Assembly: GCA_024102635.1 (NCBI GenBank)
Contig: JAGFJO010000044.1
Span: 26,453-90,452 of the forward strand
Reading direction: 5' to 3'
From: Deltaproteobacteria bacterium
GTDB taxonomy: Bacteria > Bdellovibrionota_C > UBA2361 > JAGFJO01
Length of the DNA stretch: 64,000 nt
In this document: one piece after another, positions 20,601-30,884 of the stretch
Numbering within the stretch: position 1 is the first letter of the stretch
Layout of the letters: each line of letters starts with the position of its first letter
Notes under the pieces: model-generated
Told to the model about the DNA's origin: nothing
The model's database searches: none
What the model saw: the letters and a program-made list of their open reading frames with translations, nothing else
Translations under genes and position numbers: made by a program

Positions 20601-20871
20601 CGGACTAACCTTGTAAACTTCCTTCATTACTCCATAAACCGGATTGGTGCACCACCCGGTAAATTCTTGAAAGGACACCCTGCCATAAGGACACCGTGGC
20701 GCAACCATTTAGATGAGCGGCCGGCGCAAAATGTCGCGGCTTGGGAACAAATATACCCAATTAAAAACGCTCAAGATCAGGAACTTCCTGGCCGTTCTTA
20801 TAGGTGATCTAACGGCATATAACTTGCAGACTTTAATTTAAACCCAAATTTTCAAGCGACTACGGAGTTTT

Positions 20872-21396
20872 ATGAAGTCACTCTTACGCCTCTTTTTCCT
20901 ATCGATCGGGACGGTGGCCCTGACCGCTATCAGCGCCTTCGCATTAGATGTCGGCGCAACTGCGCCGGAATTTTCGCTGCCGACAAGGGATGGCAAGCAG
21001 GTCACACTCTCCGATTTACGGGGTAAGGTAGTGTACCTGGATTTCTGGGCCTCTTGGTGCGGTCCATGCAAGCGCTCTCTTCCGTGGATGAACAAACTAA
21101 AACGGCAGTTCGGAGAGGAACGCCTGCATGTTTTGGCAGTGAATCTGGATACCGACAAAGATGATGCTGAACGGCTTTTAAAAGAAACTGCATCTAATAT
21201 TCCTGTGGCCTTCGACGCGGCTGGCTCTGTAGCGGAGCTCTACCGCCTCACGACCATGCCGACCTCTTTTCTAATAGATGGGTCAGGCAAGGTCTTGCAG
21301 GTCTATGAGGGGTTTCATGAGAAAGATGAAGAGAAGATTGAAAGTGCTATTAAAGAGCAACTTGAAGGAGGCATACGACATGTTAAAGCGAACTAA
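20872..21396 (+). CDS. TlpA/ResA-like periplasmic thiol-disulfide oxidoreductase
   Basis: Signal peptide; WASWCGPCKRSLPWMNKL CxxC thioredoxin motif. Confidence 0.8.
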   Translation: MKSLLRLFFLSIGTVALTAISAFALDVGATAPEFSLPTRDGKQVTLSDLRGKVVYLDFWASWCGPCKRSLPWMNKLKRQFGEERLHVLAVNLDTDKDDAERLLKETASNIPVAFDAAGSVAELYRLTTMPTSFLIDGSGKVLQVYEGFHEKDEEKIESAIKEQLEGGIRHVKAN

Positions 21397-21601
21397 TTTA
21401 TTGATCGCAGCGGTTGCGCTGATAGTTGCAATATTGGGATGCGCCGAAGTGAAGCCATGGCAGAAAGGCAATCTTGCTAAATCTCATATGGCCTTTGATA
21501 CCGATCCGGCCGAGTCGAGATTTACGCAGCATGTGTATACCTCAAAAGAGGGAAGCCATGGCGGATACGGAATCGGCGGCGGCGGTTGCGGCTGCAATTA
21601 A
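21380..21601 (+). CDS. DUF4266-family small lipoprotein
   Basis: MLKRTNLLIAAVALIVAILGC lipobox and C-terminal GGYGIGGGGCGCN; GGAGG RBS; overlaps the tlpA stop by 17 bp. Confidence 0.65.
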   Translation: MLKRTNLLIAAVALIVAILGCAEVKPWQKGNLAKSHMAFDTDPAESRFTQHVYTSKEGSHGGYGIGGGGCGCN

Positions 21602-21648
21602 GCGATTGTTTCCAGTTTTAACTCAAAGGTTCTTTCCTGGTTTTCGAG

Positions 21649-22794
21649 ATGACAAATTCATTCATAGACGAAAAAAAGCAACGCCTTTCCGGATACGAAG
21701 CGTTACCTAAATTGGTGTCTGCTGCGCTTGCAATTCCTGCCGTAGCAGCGACTGTACCGGCTAACGCCGAAAGTCCTTCAGAAGGGCCGATCATAAAGTT
21801 CTTTTACGGGGACTATGATGATAGGCAGCAGGGCGCAAGCCGCATGCACGTTAAAGCTCCGATGGTCTGGGTTAAATCTCCTATAAAAGATGGACTTGAA
21901 GCTGAGGGTAGCTTCGTGTGGGATAGTATGGGAGGCGCCTCGCCCTACTATCATAATACTTTAACTGGAGCCTCCGGACTGGGTGTCGAAGATATCAGGC
22001 GGGCAGGTGATTTGAAAGTAACCAAATACTTCGAGGACTTCAGCTTGGGCGGCGTGGTGGTTGCATCAGATGAGGATGACTACACCTCTATTGGCGGCGC
22101 AATTGAAAGCCGCATCTGGACCGCAGATAAAAATACCACTTTTACTGTCGGTTTCGGCGGAAATGAAGATGAGATTACTTCCAGCATAGCGCCCAATCTT
22201 GACGAGTCGCGCACGGTATTTAATGCGATCTTTGGAATTACTCAGGTAATAAATTCAGTTTCAATTATCCAGAGCAATATAACCTTATCTACCGGGGATG
22301 GATTTTATTCTGATCCCTACAAAACGCTGGATCGCAGACCCGAATCACGTGACCAATTGGCCTGGCTGACACGTTACAATCTGTATATTCCCGAACTGGA
22401 AGGATCACTGCATAGCGACTACCGCTTCTATACAGACAGCTGGGAGGTGAACTCCCATATGTTGGAATTCGCATGGTACCAGCCGATCGGCGAACGCTTC
22501 ATGGTGCGCCCCGGCGTACGATATTACTCTCAGGACTCTGCAGAGTTCTGGGTAAATGAGTTTCCACCTGAAGACCTAGAGAGCTTTATTACGGCCGATC
22601 AGCGCTTATCCAGCTTCGGTGGCGTAACCGGCAGCTTTAAAGTCATGGCCGATCTTTGGTACGGTTTCTCAGCGGACTTCGCTTATAACTATATGGAGCA
22701 GCGTCCTGAATGGCAGCTAGGCGGAGGGGGTTCGGATATTATGCTTCCATTTACAGCACATTGGGTCACAGTCGGCCTATCCAAGCAGTTTTAA
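21649..22794 (+). CDS. DUF3570-family protein (exported)
   Basis: N-terminal signal-like segment; family assignment from memory of the conserved DUF4266-DUF3570 pairing; contains the motif YYHNTLTGASGLG. Confidence 0.55.
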   Translation: MTNSFIDEKKQRLSGYEALPKLVSAALAIPAVAATVPANAESPSEGPIIKFFYGDYDDRQQGASRMHVKAPMVWVKSPIKDGLEAEGSFVWDSMGGASPYYHNTLTGASGLGVEDIRRAGDLKVTKYFEDFSLGGVVVASDEDDYTSIGGAIESRIWTADKNTTFTVGFGGNEDEITSSIAPNLDESRTVFNAIFGITQVINSVSIIQSNITLSTGDGFYSDPYKTLDRRPESRDQLAWLTRYNLYIPELEGSLHSDYRFYTDSWEVNSHMLEFAWYQPIGERFMVRPGVRYYSQDSAEFWVNEFPPEDLESFITADQRLSSFGGVTGSFKVMADLWYGFSADFAYNYMEQRPEWQLGGGGSDIMLPFTAHWVTVGLSKQF

Positions 22795-22849
22795 CGTGAT
22801 GGCATGAGATACGGCCCGGATTCCGCCTGAATAGCTCTACTCCGATTCA

Positions 22850-25027
22850 CTAAGCTGGGACCGATTCTCTCTCTCTGTTCCAAAACCGGTACTGCCCAAT
22901 TGCCTTTATGAATTCCCGGTTTAGCTCATCTAGTGTTGCCGCCGGCTCTATACCGGCTACATCTTTTGCTTTCTTCAAAGTCTCGGCGATTGCGCGGGCT
23001 GTAATTACTCCATTATTATTCCGCACTGCCGTGCCTTCCTGGTCCAAAGATATACCCGGCAGCCCCGATAGCAAATCAACCGCTTCCGCCATTGCCGCAA
23101 TCGGTTTGCAGTGCATGAACGCCTCGCGGATAAAGTGAATCGCTTTGCCACTGCCGCGTAAAGCCTTAACGTTTTCCGCCCCGCTAGGGATGTAAACGGC
23201 ATCGAATAGAACGGAGGCCGTAGTTAAAAAGTTTTCATCTACTAAAACTTCCACATTGTCGCTCCCCTCGATAGCGCCGCTCCGCGGAGCAACTACCTTG
23301 CACATTACTTTCTCCGATTGAAGTGCTGCTTTAAGAACCTCTACCTCCTGTCCCCTTACTCCATCTGCGGCAAGTATCGCCACCTTTCGCCCCTTAATCG
23401 CCCTCGTGCCATTCTCCATACTTAGCGCCTGAGATGCCCCTACCCCCTTCTTTTTCCGGCTCGGCCGGGGAGACGATGATTTTTCCAGGTAGGTAAGATC
23501 GCCGTTGATGTCCTTGACACCAACAAGCGGGCCTGCCCGTTCGGCGATCTCCGGAGATACGTTATAGAAAAGCTTTATAATCCGTTCGCGGATGTGCATG
23601 TTTTCCACTTTCCCGATCTCGAATTTAATCGCCTCGACTATATGTTCTTTCTCCGGCGCACTCATGCTGTTCCAGAATAGCTCAGCCTGTGAAAAGTGAT
23701 CGTTGAAACTCTCCGGCCGGGCGCGCAGCTTCGTACCCTGCTGCTTTTCGGTGTAGCTTACGAAACCGCGCTCCTTATCCTCTCGCGGCCGTCCTTCTTG
23801 CAAAGAGTTTGGTTCATAATTTACGCGCCCTGAACGTATGGTATGGCGCATGAATCCATCTTGGTTATTGTTGAAAATAGGGCACTGCGGCCGATTAATG
23901 GGAATCTCCGCAAAGTTTGCGCTTTGAAAGCGGTTGATCTGTGTGTCCAAATAAGAGAAGAGCCTCGCTTGCAACAGCGGATCATTGGTAAAATCAATTC
24001 CCGGAACCACATGACCGGGATGAAAAGCGACCTGTTCCGTCTCCGAAAAGAAATTATCGGGATTACGATTAAGCGTCATCTTCCCTACCCGCCGCACGGG
24101 CACAAGCTCTTCAGGCACAATCTTAGTGGGATCAAGGATATCAAAGTCGAATTTTGCAGCCTCTTCCTCGGTGAAAAGCTGAAAGCCAAGTTCGAATTCA
24201 GGATAAATGCCGTTCTCTATTCGCTCCCATAAGTCACGGCGATTGAAGTCGGGATCTTTTCCGGCAATCTTCTGCGTTTCATCCCAAACAAGTTGGCTAA
24301 CTCCCTCAAGCGGCTTCCAATGAATCTTACACAGAGTAGACTTCCCTTTTTCGCTTACAAGCCTGAAGGTGTGAACGCCGAATCCTTCCATCTGAGCGTA
24401 ACTTCTGGGGAGCGCTCTATCGGAGAGCACCCATAGAAGCATGTGAGTGATCTCCGGCGTAAGCGAGGCAAAGTCCCAGAAGTTATCATGAGCGGCGGAT
24501 GCTTGCGGCATTTCGTTGTGCGGCTCCGGCTTGATGGCATGCACTAAGTCGGGGAACTTTATTCCATCCTGTATGAAGAAAATAGGAATATTGTTACCCA
24601 CTAAATCGTACACGCCCTCGGACGTATAAAACTTCGTGGCAAAGCCGCGCACATCCCGCACCGTATCGGCCGAACCGCGAAACCCTACCACGGTTGAAAA
24701 GCGCGTAAAGACAGGCACCTCGTGCTGTGGATCGATAAGGAATCTCGCCTTGGTGAAGGCCTTCATTGAATCGTCATATACAGAGAACACTCCATGAGCT
24801 GCCGACCCTCGCGCATGCACTACCCGCTCCGGTATTCGCTCATGGTCGAAATGCATCATCTTCTCCCGGAAGATGAAGTCCTCCATTAGAGTTCCGCCAC
24901 GCGGTCCCGCGGTAAGCTGATCTTGATTGTTCGCAACCGGGCACCCCTGATTGGTCGTCAAGGTTTCTGTATCCTTGCTGTCAAGTGCGCTCTCGCTCGG
25001 TCTTGGCACCGCATCCTTCCTCTTCAT
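22850..25027 (-). CDS. katE: Large-subunit catalase HPII
   Basis: [15 protein letters not shown] and RLFSYLDTQ motifs; C-terminal DJ-1/PfpI-like domain; start at the ATG at 25027 (MKRKDAV) with an AGGAGAT RBS. Confidence 0.9.
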   Translation of the reverse strand: MKRKDAVPRPSESALDSKDTETLTTNQGCPVANNQDQLTAGPRGGTLMEDFIFREKMMHFDHERIPERVVHARGSAAHGVFSVYDDSMKAFTKARFLIDPQHEVPVFTRFSTVVGFRGSADTVRDVRGFATKFYTSEGVYDLVGNNIPIFFIQDGIKFPDLVHAIKPEPHNEMPQASAAHDNFWDFASLTPEITHMLLWVLSDRALPRSYAQMEGFGVHTFRLVSEKGKSTLCKIHWKPLEGVSQLVWDETQKIAGKDPDFNRRDLWERIENGIYPEFELGFQLFTEEEAAKFDFDILDPTKIVPEELVPVRRVGKMTLNRNPDNFFSETEQVAFHPGHVVPGIDFTNDPLLQARLFSYLDTQINRFQSANFAEIPINRPQCPIFNNNQDGFMRHTIRSGRVNYEPNSLQEGRPREDKERGFVSYTEKQQGTKLRARPESFNDHFSQAELFWNSMSAPEKEHIVEAIKFEIGKVENMHIRERIIKLFYNVSPEIAERAGPLVGVKDINGDLTYLEKSSSPRPSRKKKGVGASQALSMENGTRAIKGRKVAILAADGVRGQEVEVLKAALQSEKVMCKVVAPRSGAIEGSDNVEVLVDENFLTTASVLFDAVYIPSGAENVKALRGSGKAIHFIREAFMHCKPIAAMAEAVDLLSGLPGISLDQEGTAVRNNNGVITARAIAETLKKAKDVAGIEPAATLDELNREFIKAIGQYRFWNRERESVPA

Positions 25028-25214
25028 ATCTCCTCTATTCTCCTTTATTCCCTTGACGCTAAGCCCGGTTGGGGGCTTCCTGATGCAAAGAACAAACACT
25101 ATACCGTTGAGGTTGGATCTTCTATGTTAAGGATCAGTCTAAATCACCAACTCTCTTAGAGCTGATTAGTATGCGCGAAGAAGGGTGATAATCCAGCCGA
25201 ATTGGTGCGCTGAT

Positions 25215-25766
25215 CTATTTGGCAGCAACCGAACTGCCCTCGAACAATATCTTAGAAGTCTCTGGGTCGATAACCGGCCCCAACTCATATACGTTGCGAT
25301 ATCCGTATGTATAGAGCGCGGGAAGTGTCGAAAGATTAAGAGATGCGCCAAGAGCTTTGGTGGCGAAATCCTGCGGGGAATTCTCCACATTATTGTTGCA
25401 GTAAATTAATATTCTCGTCTCTTTGGAAGGTACTACTTTGGCCAGCGCCTGTTCTGTGAACTCCGTAAACGGAAGCGATTTTGCTCCGGCAATATGAATC
25501 CGCTCATACCTCTCCGCAGTGCGTGCATCCAGAATGATTGTGTTCGGATCGCCGGCCATATCTATAAATCGCTCCTCACTAACACGCCTCGATTCTCTGT
25601 CGGCGTGTGCCGCCATAACATCTGCCAGAAAGGCTTTTTGATCTATTAACCTGTTTGGTATCGGTGTGGACTGACCAAATACAGCCAATGGAAAAGAGAT
25701 CACTAAAACAAAAAGTAAAACCCGCACCGTTTCCTCATTACAAAAGGGGATGAATAATTTTACCAT
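25215..25766 (-). CDS. Secreted single-domain rhodanese-like protein
   Basis: Signal peptide; rhodanese fold with active-site loop IYCNNNVENSP; AGGGGAT RBS at the ATG at 25766. Confidence 0.7.
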   Translation of the reverse strand: MVKLFIPFCNEETVRVLLFVLVISFPLAVFGQSTPIPNRLIDQKAFLADVMAAHADRESRRVSEERFIDMAGDPNTIILDARTAERYERIHIAGAKSLPFTEFTEQALAKVVPSKETRILIYCNNNVENSPQDFATKALGASLNLSTLPALYTYGYRNVYELGPVIDPETSKILFEGSSVAAK

Positions 25767-25926
25767 ATCCCCTGATTTCATTGGCAGGAAAGAGGATTCG
25801 CACTTATTCGGAGTGGATTCTGAGTCTTAAATAGGCCCGCTGCCGATTACGATTATTTCAACGGATTATTTTAGGATAGGCGACTGAAATCCTGCTGTTT
25901 ACAAATTGTTGTAGTGAGCTTAATTC

Positions 25927-26829
25927 TTGGTAATGCCGTTGCATCTATATACATTTCCCTTCAAAGCTTTGGGTTCATCCTGCGAGGTGCAGCTCTATCA
26001 TACCGGCAAGCTGCCTGACCTGGCGCGCACTATCGCCGCCGAGGTAGAGAGGAAGGTATCAGATGTAGAGAGACGATATTCCCGATACAGAGATGAGAGT
26101 ATCGTGAGCCGCATCAACGCACGTGCCGGCGGGGAAGCTATAGAGGTGGACCCTGAGACTGCGGATCTCCTTGATTACGCCGGGAGCGCATTTGAGCAAA
26201 GCGGAGGGGTCTTTGATATTACCTCCGGGGTTCTAAGAAGAGTGTGGAATTTTAAGCATCCCCGTGTACCGCAGCAGGACGAAATCAGGGAGATGCTGAA
26301 ACTGGTAGGATGGGACAAGGTCGAGTGGCATCGCCCGCTCATTAGGCTGAAGCTGCCAGGAATGGAGCTTGACTTCGGTGGTTTCGGAAAGGAGTACTGC
26401 GTAGATGCCGCCGTTTCAGTGCTTATGAAGCACGGCGTTTCAAACGCCCTTGTGAATCTCGGCGGAGATGTTCGAGTTCTTGGCGGGCATCCTGACGGGC
26501 GGCCGTGGAGTATCGGCATAGCGCATCCACGCCGGGCCGGCGAAACAGCAGCCAGCTTAGAGCTTAAAAGCGGGGCTCTCGCTACAAGCGGCGATTACGA
26601 GAGGTACTTTGAAGTCGATGGGCACCGTTATTGTCACATATTGAATCCGAAAACCGGTTGGCCGGCCGACGGATTTCAATCGGTCACGGTCTGTAGTGAC
26701 CTCTGCCTGGTGGCTGGAACAGTTTCTACCACCGCAATGTTGCTTGGAGAAGGCGCGGGTCTTGAGTTCTTACGTTCTAGCGGCGTACAGTTTCTAAGCA
26801 TCAATAAGAGAGGAGAGACTGTTGTTTGA
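25927..26829 (+). CDS. apbE: FAD:protein FMN transferase
   Basis: ApbE family; DFGGFGKEY motif. Confidence 0.85.
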   Translation: MVMPLHLYTFPFKALGSSCEVQLYHTGKLPDLARTIAAEVERKVSDVERRYSRYRDESIVSRINARAGGEAIEVDPETADLLDYAGSAFEQSGGVFDITSGVLRRVWNFKHPRVPQQDEIREMLKLVGWDKVEWHRPLIRLKLPGMELDFGGFGKEYCVDAAVSVLMKHGVSNALVNLGGDVRVLGGHPDGRPWSIGIAHPRRAGETAASLELKSGALATSGDYERYFEVDGHRYCHILNPKTGWPADGFQSVTVCSDLCLVAGTVSTTAMLLGEGAGLEFLRSSGVQFLSINKRGETVV

Positions 26830-27924
26830 AGTTTTCATCTCACCTTGCGCCGCTTTACTGGCCACGGCTTTACCGGCAAGCGTACCGCAAGCGGCATTTA
26901 TGTCCTTTCCCCCCGAGTAGCGGCGAGCTACCGGCTGCCTAAGATGCTTGGATAGCGCATCACGGAAGAATTTCATCTCGCTTTCACTGGGAGGTTGATA
27001 TTGACCTCTGGAATCAGTGGCGTCAATCAGATCAAGTCTTACGGGGAGATCTCCAATTAGAGCGGCTAGCTCGACTGCGTCCTGTTCGGAAACATTGAAC
27101 CCGGAGATACAAACATAAGAGAGGTTGATTCTGTCACGGCGCGATTCGCTGTAGCGCCGAGCGGCCTTGATGACCTCATTCACAGGAGTTCGTGCGGCCA
27201 CCGGGACTAATGCAGCGCGTTTTTCATCGGTTGCGCCTCCTAGACTAATTGAGAGGCGAAAGGGATGCTTCTCAATGGTAAATCTTTCAATTTCGGGGAC
27301 CAATCCTACTGTGCTTATGGTGATGGCCTTGGCGCTTATTGCTCCGCTTACAGGATAGCATAGTAGCTTAGCAGCGGCGATCACTCTGTCGTAGTTTAAA
27401 AACGGCTCTCCCATACCCATGAAAACAGCTCCCGTAACCCTCTTGTTCTGAGAGCGCGCAATTTGCCGGGCTTTGATAAATTGTTCTACTATCTCCCAAG
27501 TGCGAAGGTTTCTGCGCTGCGCCATCTTTGCCGTAGCACAGAAAACGCATCCCATTACACACCCTACTTGGGAAGAAAGGCAGATACTTACACAGTTCTC
27601 TTTGTGCAGGGGGATTATTACCGTTTCGACAGGCAGGTTGTCCGGTGTATAGAAAAGCAGTTTCTGGAAGCCGTCTATTTGTGACACTGCCGACTCAGCA
27701 AGTTTAAGACAACGAGAGCAATCGAACAGCGCGGCTTTCGCTGCGGAGATAATTCCTCGGCTAGTCCAATCGACCGGCACCATTTCTCCTCTTTCTAATG
27801 TAGAAGCCAGTAGGCGCCGCATCTCCCTAGGTGATACGCCATGCTTTTTGCAAGCGCTTTCAAGCGCTGCGGGAGGCAAATCTCGCGGGTCAATTGAGTC
27901 GAAAGCTGTAAGTGCCGTTAACAT
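26794..27924 (-). CDS. rlmN: 23S rRNA (adenine2503-C2)-methyltransferase, radical SAM
   Basis: CVMGCVFC radical SAM cluster; RlmN/Cfr architecture; 36-bp convergent overlap with apbE. Confidence 0.85.
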   Translation of the reverse strand: MLTALTAFDSIDPRDLPPAALESACKKHGVSPREMRRLLASTLERGEMVPVDWTSRGIISAAKAALFDCSRCLKLAESAVSQIDGFQKLLFYTPDNLPVETVIIPLHKENCVSICLSSQVGCVMGCVFCATAKMAQRRNLRTWEIVEQFIKARQIARSQNKRVTGAVFMGMGEPFLNYDRVIAAAKLLCYPVSGAISAKAITISTVGLVPEIERFTIEKHPFRLSISLGGATDEKRAALVPVAARTPVNEVIKAARRYSESRRDRINLSYVCISGFNVSEQDAVELAALIGDLPVRLDLIDATDSRGQYQPPSESEMKFFRDALSKHLRQPVARRYSGGKDINAACGTLAGKAVASKAAQGEMKTSNNSLSSLIDA

Positions 27925-28045
27925 TGATACAACTCAATGGGGCTGGGCAGCCGCCCCTATGATAATAGTCATCGCGTCACCCTCTTGGCGGTGCGAGGGT
28001 ATTACATCTTATAAAGAGCAGTAATATCCAGTAAGAGAGGAGCAG

Positions 28046-28683
28046 ATGAAAGTTAATCTTAAGCCGCTTAAACATCAAGTAATAGTCATTACCGGCGCCA
28101 CAAGCGGGATCGGTCTTGTTACGTCCCGCATGGCGGCAAGAAAGGGGGCGCGGCTCTTTCTGACCGCACGTGATGAAGCAGGGCTTCGTATGCTTTGCGA
28201 GGAGATAAACTCGGATGGCGGTGAAGCGGACTATCACCCCTGTGATGTAGGAAAGTTTGATGAGCTAAAGAGTTACCGCCGCTTTATTCTCCTGAGACGG
28301 TTGCTCGAGCTATTCTATATGCGTCTCAGCACCCGATAAGGGATATCTTCGTCGGCTTTGGCAGTAGAGCTATCAGTGCTCTCGGTCGATTCATGCCTCG
28401 CACATCTGACCTGCTTACGGAAAAGACATTGCAAGATATGCAGAGGACCGAGATGCCTCGCGATGGAGGTGCAGATTCACTTTATGAAACTGCCGATGAC
28501 AGACTGCGGGAGCGGGGCGAGCAAGAAGGCCGGGTGATGGAAAGAAGCCTTTATACAATGGCAAGCCTGCATCCTCTTGTTACCACTGCAGTTACAGCAG
28601 GGCTGGCATACGGGATTTCATCGCTAATGCGCCGATCGGAGAGCGGCACAATGCCTGAGGAGCCAATCAACAGGCCGAATTAG
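28046..28683 (+). pseudogene. Short-chain dehydrogenase/reductase remnant with ~150-aa internal deletion and frameshift
   Basis: N-terminus VIVITGATSGIGLVTSRMAARKGARLFLTARD (Rossmann TGxxxGxG) stops at 28339. The SDR C-terminal segment PETVARAILYASQHPIRDIFVG continues in another frame from ~28273 to 28683. The catalytic YxxxK core is absent. Confidence 0.5.
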
Positions 28684-28755
28684 CCGCAAATATTTGATCT
28701 CTTAAGCTTTTCCGCCAAAGGGCCGAACCTCAAAAGAGGGGATATTTCCCGCTTT

Positions 28756-30789
28756 TTGGGGGAAGCATTGGGAGATCAATCAGATTCATTTCGTCGAGCA
28801 CGTTTTCCCGGAGCAGCAGTTTTGGCGCTGCTGGCTGCGCTTCTGCTCTCACTCTCAGGGGGAGGACTTAAATTTGAGCGGCAGCTACTTGATACGATTT
28901 CTTATACTTCAACCGGCAACGTATATGGAGCGGAAGATCTTATAATCGTCGCCCTCGATGATATAACCTTTGACCTTATCTCTGAAGAGCTTGACGGGCT
29001 AACGTGGCCCTTTCCGAGAGCTGTGCATGCGCAACTGCTTAAAAACTTGGTTGCGGCAGGCGTTAAACAGGTATTCTTTGATGTAGTCTTCGACATACCT
29101 TCGCGCTTCGGCGAAGAAGACGATCTGGCGCTTGCCGAATTGATGCCGCAACTTCCAATTTACTTGGCTGCTGAACAGAGTGGACAAGCAATAACTCCTC
29201 CGCTCGAGATATTGACATCCTCGGGAGGAACAGCTGTGAATGCAGCGCTTCCGGTTGATATGGACGGAATCATTCGATGGACACCTGGAGCCCGAATATT
29301 ACCGCGTAGTTTTGGCGAAGGAGTGTCATATCTGCTAGGTAAGCCACTGCCGGTCATATCGGCTTCATCCCTGCCCGCCGCAGCCGAGATGCTAACGCAA
29401 TCGCCCTCAACTGCCCCCGGGCTTTTACGGTACCTGGGTCCGGCAGGAACGATTCGCCGTATTTCATATTACGAGCTTTACTCCACCGAGCTTGCTCGCC
29501 CCTATTTTAAGGAACTACGGGGCAAAACAATTCTGATAGGCAGCACCCCGAGCGTATCGATAACTCCGGAGCAAGCCGCCGATACCTTCCTCTCCCCGCT
29601 CGGACTGATGCCGGGAGTAGAAATTCACGCCAACCACGCTCTAGCCTTACGCTCGAAGAAACTTCCGGAACCGTTGCAGGGCTGGCCTATTCCAGCATTA
29701 TTATTAATCTGGAGTGTCATTCAGAGCTGGGGCTCTAGGCAGTGGCCCGATCCTCTAAAGGGGTTTGCCTTTATTTCTGTTTCGCTTCTTGTATGGATTG
29801 CTCTGGTAGTAGTTGCTCTACAATTCGCAATCATTGTACCGATACTGCTGCCTGTCACTGTGTGCTTCTTTTTGTATATCGCTTCATTGGCTGTGCATTA
29901 TCTGACAGAGCGCGATGAGAGGCTAATAACGCGTGCTCAACTCTTCCATTATCTTCCGGCTAAAGTAGCAGAATACGTTTTGAAGAATCCGACGCGGCTC
30001 GCAATGGGTGGTGACCGCAGCGAAGCAACTCTGCTGTTTGCAGACGTTGCAGGCTTTACAACGTTATCGGAGGAATGCCCGCCTGAGGATGTTTTAAGTC
30101 TGCTGCAGGAACATCTGCAAGCTATGACGGAGGTGATTTTCCAAAACCAGGGCACCCTCGATAAATATTTAGGGGATGGCATAATGGCCTTCTGGGGCGC
30201 ACCCGAACCGCAGGAAAATCATGCTGATCTGGCTCTTAAGGCCGCGGTGGACATGCTCACTAAAGTGGAACAACAGAATGTTGAGAGAAGAAGACGCGGC
30301 GCCCCTGAGCTTGTTCTGCGTATTGGTCTACACAGTGGAGAGGCTATCGTTGGCAATATTGGTTCCGATCTATTTATCGATTACACGGCTATCGGAGATA
30401 CAGTAAATACCGCCGCACGGCTTGAGGGGGTAAATAAAGTTTTCGATACCCGCCTTATCGTAAGCGACGATTGCCTAGAGCGATTGAAAAGTCCCCGGCA
30501 GTTCAGAACTTACCCGCTTGGCCGTGTGGCGGTTAAGGGGAAATCGGATGCAGTTGGAATAAGCACCGTAGTCGATCCAAAGGAAGAAGAAAAGTATCGT
30601 GTGCTGCAATCCGCCCTCAAAAGCTTCGACTCTGGAAACCTTGAGAGCGGCAAAAGAGATTTAATCGAATTACTAACAAAGGACCCGAGCTTTGTTCCTG
30701 CCCGCTTTCACCTAGATCAGATAGCAAAGAGCGGCGCGCTTCTGGGCGATGAAAATGGCCGCACCTATTGGCAGCTGGATGCAAAGTAA
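28756..30789 (+). CDS. CHASE2-sensor class III adenylate/guanylate cyclase
   Basis: N-terminal TM, periplasmic CHASE2, TM bundle, then LLFADVAGFTTLSE...GDGIMAFWGAP cyclase motifs; TTG start with an AGAGGGG RBS. Confidence 0.8.
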   Translation: MGEALGDQSDSFRRARFPGAAVLALLAALLLSLSGGGLKFERQLLDTISYTSTGNVYGAEDLIIVALDDITFDLISEELDGLTWPFPRAVHAQLLKNLVAAGVKQVFFDVVFDIPSRFGEEDDLALAELMPQLPIYLAAEQSGQAITPPLEILTSSGGTAVNAALPVDMDGIIRWTPGARILPRSFGEGVSYLLGKPLPVISASSLPAAAEMLTQSPSTAPGLLRYLGPAGTIRRISYYELYSTELARPYFKELRGKTILIGSTPSVSITPEQAADTFLSPLGLMPGVEIHANHALALRSKKLPEPLQGWPIPALLLIWSVIQSWGSRQWPDPLKGFAFISVSLLVWIALVVVALQFAIIVPILLPVTVCFFLYIASLAVHYLTERDERLITRAQLFHYLPAKVAEYVLKNPTRLAMGGDRSEATLLFADVAGFTTLSEECPPEDVLSLLQEHLQAMTEVIFQNQGTLDKYLGDGIMAFWGAPEPQENHADLALKAAVDMLTKVEQQNVERRRRGAPELVLRIGLHSGEAIVGNIGSDLFIDYTAIGDTVNTAARLEGVNKVFDTRLIVSDDCLERLKSPRQFRTYPLGRVAVKGKSDAVGISTVVDPKEEEKYRVLQSALKSFDSGNLESGKRDLIELLTKDPSFVPARFHLDQIAKSGALLGDENGRTYWQLDAK

Positions 30790-30884
30790 TGCTTTCCTGC
30801 GAAATAAAGATCTCATTGATTGCGCGTAAAGTGATTGTATGCGAGCATCCTGATGATCAACTCAAGCAACCATCAGGGAAACTT

